Source of the DNA: Octopus sinensis | Lineage: Eukaryota | Assembly (NCBI RefSeq): GCF_006345805.1 | Contig: NC_043014.1 | Location: forward strand, 4,836,001-4,900,000 | Length of the DNA: 64,000 nucleotides | Direction: 5' to 3' | Shown here: positions 55,870-64,000 of the stretch, piece after piece | Layout: each line of letters opens with the position of its first letter | How positions within the stretch are numbered: position 1 is the first letter of the stretch | Program-made: the position numbers and the translations under genes | Notes under the pieces: model-generated | What the model saw: only the letters and a program-made list of their open reading frames with translations | Database searches by the model: none | What the model was told of the DNA's origin: nothing

Positions 55870-58167
55870 AATATATTTGAATCTATTTATATGGGCGCAG
55901 GAGTGGCCGTGTGGTAAGTAGCTTGTTTACCAACGACGTGGTTCCGGGTTCAGTTTGCTTATCAGCCACATGACACACAAACACTGACACACACACACAC
56001 ACACTGACACACAAACACACACGCACTAACACACAGGCACACATACACAGACACACACTGACATTCACACACACACACGTACACACACACACACACTGAC
56101 ATACGCACACACACACACACACACTGACACACACTCTCACACACACTGACACGCACAAGTTGACACACACAGTGACACACACACACACTGACACGCACAC
56201 ACACACACACACTGACACACACATACACACACACACACATATATACAAACAAACACACACTGACACACACTCACACACGCACACTGACACACACACTGAC
56301 ACACACACAAACACACTGACACACACACACATACAAACACACACACACATACACACATACAAACATACACACACACATACAAACACACACACACACATAC
56401 ACAAACACACACACACACACACAAACTGACACACACACACACTGACATACACACACAGACACAAACATACACACACACATCGACACACGCACACACACAC
56501 ACGCACACAAATATGCGGGGAAAATGCGGGCCCGTACGAGCGACCGCAGTTACTGTTGGGGCACAAGGTTGAAATCAACTCCTCTAGCGAAGTATTTATC
56601 AAAGAGAAATACCGAAGGGAGGTAACTCACGACAGACTCCAGCCTTGCGCTCTAATAGCGTCACTTACTCGTTGTTGTTGACTATGTTTAAGTTAAAGCT
56701 ATGGCTTTAAGTTTGTCCAGATATTCCCCTCTTCGGTATTTTCTTTTGATAACGGCTGAACTGAAACCCGATAGGGAGCAGCACCTGACCGATATGCTGT
56801 TTTTGCCGCTTTCTGCACTGAATTTGCCTTTAGAGTTTTAAATATGCCATTAGCACATTTTAACGAACCTAAAAATTGCTTATGCCTAATACTGAGCGCT
56901 AATACTGTTCACTGGAAACGCCATGTTGAATGTTTCCATATATTCATTTGTCCATTTGCATTTCGTGCTTTCATATTACTTAATTATTATTCTTTTTCTC
57001 TAGCTTTTTCACAATCGAGCATTCTTATGGCACGCAATTAATCGGACAAAAAACGTGCTGCCACCCACAGATCCCTCTTTCCACGGATACCTTCGTTTAT
57101 CTGGCAGCCCTTCTACAAACTCCCACATACAAGGAGCAATCATGCTGGGTAGAGTGTGAAAGACTCAACATGTTGCACTGATTCCACCTAATGTATATTT
57201 TATAAGTCGTCTTCCTTTCATTACTAAGTCGTTTATGTGTGTTACAGTTATTGTATGCATGTATCTCGAAGCAAGTTCCTCTTCTGCGAGTTTGATAGTT
57301 TATGTTACAGACGGAGATAATTGTTGAACTTGATGTTTTGTGGTGTTGCTGTAGATTCGGTTGATGCTGTTCCTGAAGTGTACTCATATTTCTTGGTGGT
57401 TTCATATTTTATTTTGGCACATCAGATTTCAGGGAACGATAAGAAGCTGTGTGTGTGTGATTTTTGTAGAAAAGCGGGAATATGTGAATGTAGGTTGAAA
57501 GTAGTTCATCGTGGGACGTGTACTTGTACCCTTGTCGAAAGTGTTTCGTGAAAACTTCAATGTGTTAGTAACCTGACAAGTAGTTAGGTAGTCAACATTT
57601 TGTGGTATTTCTTCAGTGGATATCAAATATCCTTTATTAGGTAATATCCGCGATTGGATTGCAGTGCTGTCATCGCATTGATTGTAGTTACATTGATACG
57701 TATGGGAGTATTTTTTTTATTAAACCATCATGATTTAGTGATGTTAGTTATAAGCTTTTATCGTGTTTTCTGAAGATTGATCATGAAAGGGTGATATATT
57801 TGTACGGAGGTGTTTCTTTTGGGGATTGATTTCATTTTAAGACGGAATACAACACACATTTAAACGAATCATCATTTTATTTCAAATTTTAAATTTGATA
57901 AACTGAACCTCATACAAAATATTCTAGAATCATTCCCTGAGGGTTACATCGTTCTGTTAAGCTATTTGTCACATTCTATGACGTCTCTGTTGTTTCGTTT
58001 TGAATATTTTCTGAAAACTTGTAGCCGCAATTTATTTAACGACATATATTACTTGTATTAGAATACTGCGAAACACAATTACAAGAAACGTATATGTTGC
58101 TTTATTATATTATATTTTTTAATTCGCCGACATAAATTTTCATATAGAAACCAATGTAAATTCCTTT

Positions 58168-58664
58168 TCAATGTTTACTGCACACAACACAGGTTAATTC
58201 TCGACCATTGACATACGGTGGACATGGCAATGAACCACAAGCAGCCTGAACGAAATACAGTAAAGCTCCATTTTCGTTTCTGTAACCTGCTGGATCAGCT
58301 TCTGGTGCATAGTCCACACACACATATTCATGTCTGCCCTTATGTTCATGACGTGCGGTCATCAAATATCCTGAGTACTCAGCTGTCCAACCAGGGTAAC
58401 ACTTTGTCCTGGCTGGTAACATCATAACGACAGCAGGTTGTCGTGTCAAACAGACAGCGCACGGAACGTTGTGTTGTTGAAGTGATTTAGCGTTAGCAAA
58501 AGAAAAGAGTATTTTTGAGTGGTGGCCTAATTCATATTCACTGCCATAAATGTAACCACCTTTTTCAACTTCTGTAGTATAATTGGCCCAAATGGGATCG
58601 TTGGGTAGACACAAGAGATTACTTCCTCCACCAGTATGGGAATAAAATTGTCCACCAGCCACAC
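58168..58664 (-). CDS. Gene E exon 4: C4-like domain
   Basis: Acceptor ttcttaacaattcaag|GT; intact ORF ending CSKH*; AATAAA at 58101-58106. Confidence 0.9.
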
Positions 58665-58875
58665 CTTGAATTGTTAAGAATAAATCAAGTAAAAAAGATA
58701 ATAAGCAAAATTATATATGAAATAACGGAAACATTCATTACAATTTTTCACTTAAAAGAAGTCACGTTTACTCACGTGTGAACGAATTGTGGTGTACATA
58801 TGTTAGTGTTTATGTGAGTGTAAGCTGAGTGTTGCTGAAAGCTTGAGAACGTAGCTGTGCATTTGCCTTCTCATC

Positions 58876-58929
<54 letters not shown>

Positions 58930-59340
58930 TCTTTTTTTTCTTTTACTTGTTTCAGTCATTTGACAGCGGCCATGCTAGAGCACCGCCTTCAGTCGAGCAT
59001 ATCGACCCCGGGAATTATTATTTGTAAGCCCAGTACTTATTCTATCGATCACTTTTTGCGGAACCGCTAAGAAACGGGGACGTAAACACACCAGCATCGT
59101 TTGTCAAGCGATGGTGGGGGGACAAACACAGACACACAAACATATACACATACACAAATATATATCTACATATATTCGACAGGCTTCTTTCAGTTTCCGT
59201 CTACCAAATCCACTCACAATGCATTGGTCGGGCCGAGGCTATTGCAGAAGACACTTGCCCAAGATGCAACACAGTGGGACTGAACCCGGAACCATGTGGT
59301 TGGTAAGCAAGCTACTTACCACACCGCCACTCCTGCGCCT
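58930..59340. mobile_element. SINE composite specific to gene E intron 3
   Basis: cagtcatttgacagcggccatgc... followed by a minus-strand tRNA-like head (aggcgcaggagtggcggtgtggtaag...gttccgggttcagtccc). Confidence 0.7.
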
Positions 59341-60758
59341 ATATATATATATATGCATATATATGTTGTGTGTTTACGGGTACCTATTTGTGGTTGCGAC
59401 GTGGATTATTATGTATGTTTGCATGGCGTAGATGTTTTTCGGTAGAATTCAATAGATGGAGAAATAGAAAGATATTTTATAACGCATGCACTCCGAAATG
59501 GAAAAGATGTTCACGTGTGAACGGGTATATTTTGGGTGGTGGAAATTGTAGGAGGTTTGAGTAGGACAATACGGGAGACGACGAGATGCAGAGAAGTGGT
59601 GGGTAACCGTCGATGAAATGTTGTTTAGTCGATCATACGAGAATCAGTGGCTAAACCTCTCGTTTAGACTCGGACGAATCAGGCTTACATAGACGTTATG
59701 ATCACACAGACTTTTTTTCATGCAATACACAGAAACGAGATGGGAGGAAAAATTGTGAGGTTCAGTGATGGCGTAGTGCTTAAGATGAATGGACGGCGGA
59801 GTGGGCGACCGAAAAAGGATACGTGTAGGGTTTACAGGGAGCAGATTCAGAGCATTTTTAAGGAATGTTAGGTTGATTGGGGAAGCCGTTGGAAGCGGCA
59901 GTTTTGAATTGGAAGTGTCGTAATTACCTTACAAGGATATACTGGATAATTAATGAGGTGATGTGGTGCATGAAAAGAGCAAGGTTTCAGCGATAGGACG
60001 ATTTCGGTGAGGCGGAGAAGAATAGAAGTGCATTCTGTACTCTGTTGTGTTCTCTCACTAATATTTAGTCTCTCTCTATTTTACTTAATGAATAAAGTCC
60101 TTAGCTTTTTCCATCAGTTACAGTATGTGGCTTGTCCAGTCCTCATTCTACATTGTGCGTTCATTTCATTAATCGTTTACAGTCACTGTCATCAATTCTA
60201 ATAGACTCTATTCAATTTAGCCCACACCTACGATCATTGGGCACTCTAGTTAAAGATATTCAGGTAGCCACTTTTCAGCTCTGGTCACTCACGTACAATA
60301 CCACCATCCATAGCCAGTACAATTGATCACCAGTTAGCAGCCTCGGTATTTGATATCTACAATCCAAAGCTGGTCAGCCTGAAACTCTTGATCGCCATGG
60401 TGGTTTTCAGTCCAGCCCCTGTCTGTAATTTAACGTAGCGATATCTATATTCTGTGGTTAGACAACATCATTTTCACTTGGTCCGTAGTAGACAATATAT
60501 AATATTCTGATTTGACCAAATACCTACAAAGGAGTAAGCAGTCTTGTGTAGTGTCTGTATAGTCTACAGGTATGGACGTTTGAAACGTGACATGTCATAA
60601 AAGGATTTGAGAATGTTTATGTCAGACAACCCGACACAGGGTGAGTGTGTGTACAAGTGTGTGAGAGAGAGGGTGAGAGAGAAAGAGGGGTGACTAAAAG
60701 AAAGAACAAAGGAAAGACAAAAAGAGAATGAGAGGTGAGAAATATAAAGTATACTAAC

Positions 60759-60833
60759 CGTCATATACAAGTTTTGAATAAGGAGGACAAGTTGTTCTGC
60801 CCCACCGGGTATACAATGATCCGAGACCGGGTT
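60759..60833 (-). CDS. Gene E exon 3
   Basis: cacag/gttagt; identical to C and D exon 3. Confidence 0.9.
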
Positions 60834-61589
60834 CTGTGAAATTAAAATGAAATAATGTAGTTTAAAAGAAAGAATTGGGGAATCATTTACAAAGTAGGAT
60901 GTTGGATGGGAAGGAATTGATGGAGAAGAGAGAAATATAGAAGTTAAGAAAGAACGAGTGAATGAATGAAAGTCAGAACGAAAGATGTAAATAATAAGAA
61001 TAAATTGTAAAGAAAGAAAAGAGACATTTGTCTGTTGAGTCTGTTGGTGACGTTGATGTGAAAGATTTGAGAGATTAATCTCAGAATATCAGAATGTGTA
61101 TCGGTCTCCGCTATGAACGGATATATGTATGATACGTAAACTTGGGTATGAGTATATATACTTCTCAATAGAATAATGATAAAACTCAATAGAATAATGA
61201 TAAAATATTCGCCAGGTGCGAATATTCATCGGTCAATTACAAATATCAGTTTGGAGCTCGGCGCAAATAAGGCCATCATAACTACAATATGAAAATAACA
61301 ACCATACCGCATCATTTGTCGATTTAGTTAAAAGACATCGCATCCGGATCTCGAGTAGAGGAGTCCGTTCGATAAATGTATAGCACACCCCACCCAATAC
61401 CGGTGAAACCAGCAAGAAACCTGGAACTAAATATGGGCTGTTTGGCGTCGGAGCTCAAAATTGACGCTCTCAGGACACCAAAGCAGATCAAGAAGGGAAC
61501 AACCTTTAATAATTGAGAATTAAACTGTCTGAATTGTTAGATATAATCTGCCTGTAAGATATAATAGATGTCTCTTCTAATAAATTTCG

Positions 61590-62590
61590 TTTGTCCGACT
61601 TTTGCATCCAAATTGAGAGTGACCCACCTGAATGAACTTGGACATCGAAATGGATTCGTGATTGTATTATTTTTTTCGGCAGGTTCTTCTTCGGTTGAAC
61701 TCTTATTTGAGCTAATCTCACTTAAAAGTGATAAAGCTGCTGGTGAAAAGCAGGTTCGGCTTGATATTTTAGAAACCTTAAATACAGATGATATTCTCTG
61801 AGTGTCCCATGTACGCTAGGTGGATGGGACCTCTGGAAAAAATACCAAGGCAATGAAATATAGGGTGACAATCATAATTTCTTCGGACAGAGACCAAGGA
61901 GTGTGCTCGAATTATAGAAATGTCTACACTAGATGTCAAGAAAAGATAGATGTCATGCCCAAGATTACCGTCCGACACGCGGTACACTCGACCTTTTAGA
62001 CGTTCAAAACAGATCTTCCACCAAATACAGAAATATTTCCAAAGTTTAAACGCTATAAACCACGAAAAGGCACACGATCACGTGCCCTGGGTATTGTTTT
62101 GGATGGTTTTCCAGGAAGGTGAGTTTAATGGGCAAATCATGGTTGCCATAAAGTACTTATATGGATGTTTAAATGATTGTATTTATGTATAAAAGTCGAA
62201 AGTTTTTAACGTGAAGGTTTCACTTAGTTGAAGTGTGCATTGTTAGTGCCCCTTCTCATATTCTTTTTTGTGATCCGGTTGAATATGCGCAGCCATTGTG
62301 GAAGAGGCATCCCAATTCATCTCTACGTTATCGGTCGACTGTTATTTGTAGACGACATGCTGCTACTAGATTCGTCTCATGGTCACCAACAACGTGCACT
62401 GAATTGATTGGCTGCCGAGTACCCCAAGGCAGGATTGACAAATACGCACTGTGTAGGAAAGTGGAACATCATTATTTCGGGTCTCTATTCACGAATGATT
62501 GGAAACACAAGAGTGGACAGAATGCTGAATTGTAGATATAAACGCAGTGAAGCGCCAGCTCGGGCATTTGATTCTCAGATGAAGAGGGCT
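61590..62590 (+). mobile_element. Degraded RTE-type LINE relic, gene E copy (endonuclease part deleted)
   Basis: EKAHDHVPW, AIKYLYGC; roughly 0.7 kb present in other units is missing at ~61597. Confidence 0.65.
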
Positions 62591-62847
62591 TAGTACAATT
62601 CTCGACGTATCGTTGCATATATACTAATATACACACAATAAATATCATAGTATATTAGAGTAACATTTTAGTTAGGAAATTATTGTAAAGTAGAACATAT
62701 TTCAAAATAAATTCGGGCAAGTGTCTTAGTATATATTATTGTGGACATATAGATAATAACGTGGAACTAATTCAAAGTTGGTGAAATTATAAATCATTAG
62801 TTAAGGAGACACGGGTAAAAGACTTTAGCCATAAAATTAGTACTTAC

Positions 62848-62899
62848 TTGGTGTGTCATCAGGTTTATCGTCGAGAGATTTCTTGGAGATGAAACGGTT
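62848..62899 (-). CDS. Gene E exon 2 (exon 1 lies beyond the window)
   Basis: cacag acceptor, gtaagt donor, 52 nt. Confidence 0.8.
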
Positions 62900-62999
62900 C
62901 TGTGAAAAAATGGAAATAGCATCATATAAATAGAACTTCAGGGTATTTATTATCGTTTAGAACTTAAAACAATGCAATACATGACAACATATTCGGACA

Positions 63000-63375
63000 G
63001 GTATCATTGCCAACACTACCATCTCAACCCCTTAGGATCTTCAAGAAGGCCCTCCCAGTTCAGTCAAACGATTTTCTGAACAATATCAGAGAATACAACT
63101 CTGCATTTCAAATGACAACGTTTGGTGAATCTAAGAAGATAGATAAACATGAATTTACGCCGACGTGAAAGTTCAAGAACAAGTCTATCCCCTCAATGGT
63201 TCCCTGGTACCCGCGAATGAACGATCACAGTTCCTCCAAATTTACTCTATAAGTGATGTAGGACAACAAACCCGACGTGCGGTGTCAAAATTTCCGATGA
63301 TGGGTCGTGTTAGATACAGCGCACACTGCTGCAAAGGAGAGTATATCCACTGACAGCTTTTCGGTGCGTTCAAAA
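63000..63375 (+). mobile_element. Helitron RepHel fragment, gene E
   Basis: KVQEQVYPLNGSLVPANERSQFLQIYSISDVGQQ. Confidence 0.75.
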
Positions 63376-63617
63376 ATCACAGAAACTCCACCTCCAATTT
63401 TGCATGACAGGTTAGGGCCTGAAACAATCCAAACGGACGCATAGCATGTTGCTTAGTCGAATTAGCCCAACATTTACTCTACACATGTTTTGTTGTCAAT
63501 GTTGCACTTTCCCATATCACCTGTTTCAAAATGACTGGAATATATTATATACCAACTTTGCCATTTGAATCCCCAGCAATGCCGGGTTATTCTACTAGTA
63601 CACACGTACACACACAT

Positions 63618-63682
<65 letters not shown>

Positions 63683-63702
63683 GTCATATACACACATATT
63701 TC

Positions 63703-63757
<55 letters not shown>

Positions 63758-64000
63758 TGTATATATATTGTTAAATCTAATCCAAATAAGAAAGCACAAA
63801 AAAACACAACAACGCAAGGACGTGGAACAAAGATAGTATTATTGGACGCTCAGGAAAGAAGGAAAGAAGGAGGGTTTAACGTTTCGGGTGAGACTCTTCG
63901 TCGGAAACATACGAGATGGAAAGATCCAGAGGAGTGAAGACACAGGAAAAACAATCGCCAACGTTACACACGCGTCACATTTTGAATGACCGGAAGGAAA

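Overview
Eukaryotic, microsatellite-rich genomic DNA. The SINE families resemble those I recall from Octopus genomes (inference; no database search was run). The window is a head-to-tail tandem array of five paralogous spliced genes on the minus strand, named A-E left to right; A and E run off the window edges. Deduced model: exon 1 (144 nt; short cytoplasmic tail, TM helix, coiled stalk), exon 2 (52 nt), exon 3 (75 nt, YTRWGRTTCP), exon 4 (497-500 nt, Cys-rich C-terminal domain of the 'short-chain collagen C4-like' family). This gives a ~255-aa type II membrane protein with no Gly-X-Y collagen region. Genes C and D look complete. Gene B is a chimera that lost exon 3 in-frame. Amino-acid differences between paralogs cluster in a few short segments of exon 4. 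Each unit carries degraded RTE-LINE and Helitron fragments and SINEs. Copy-specific insertions include a 4.2-kb Penelope-like element bounded by ~480-bp inverted repeats, a palindromic double hammerhead ribozyme motif, a long-TIR MITE and a higher-order minisatellite. Almost all low-complexity ORFs in the track are microsatellite artefacts.
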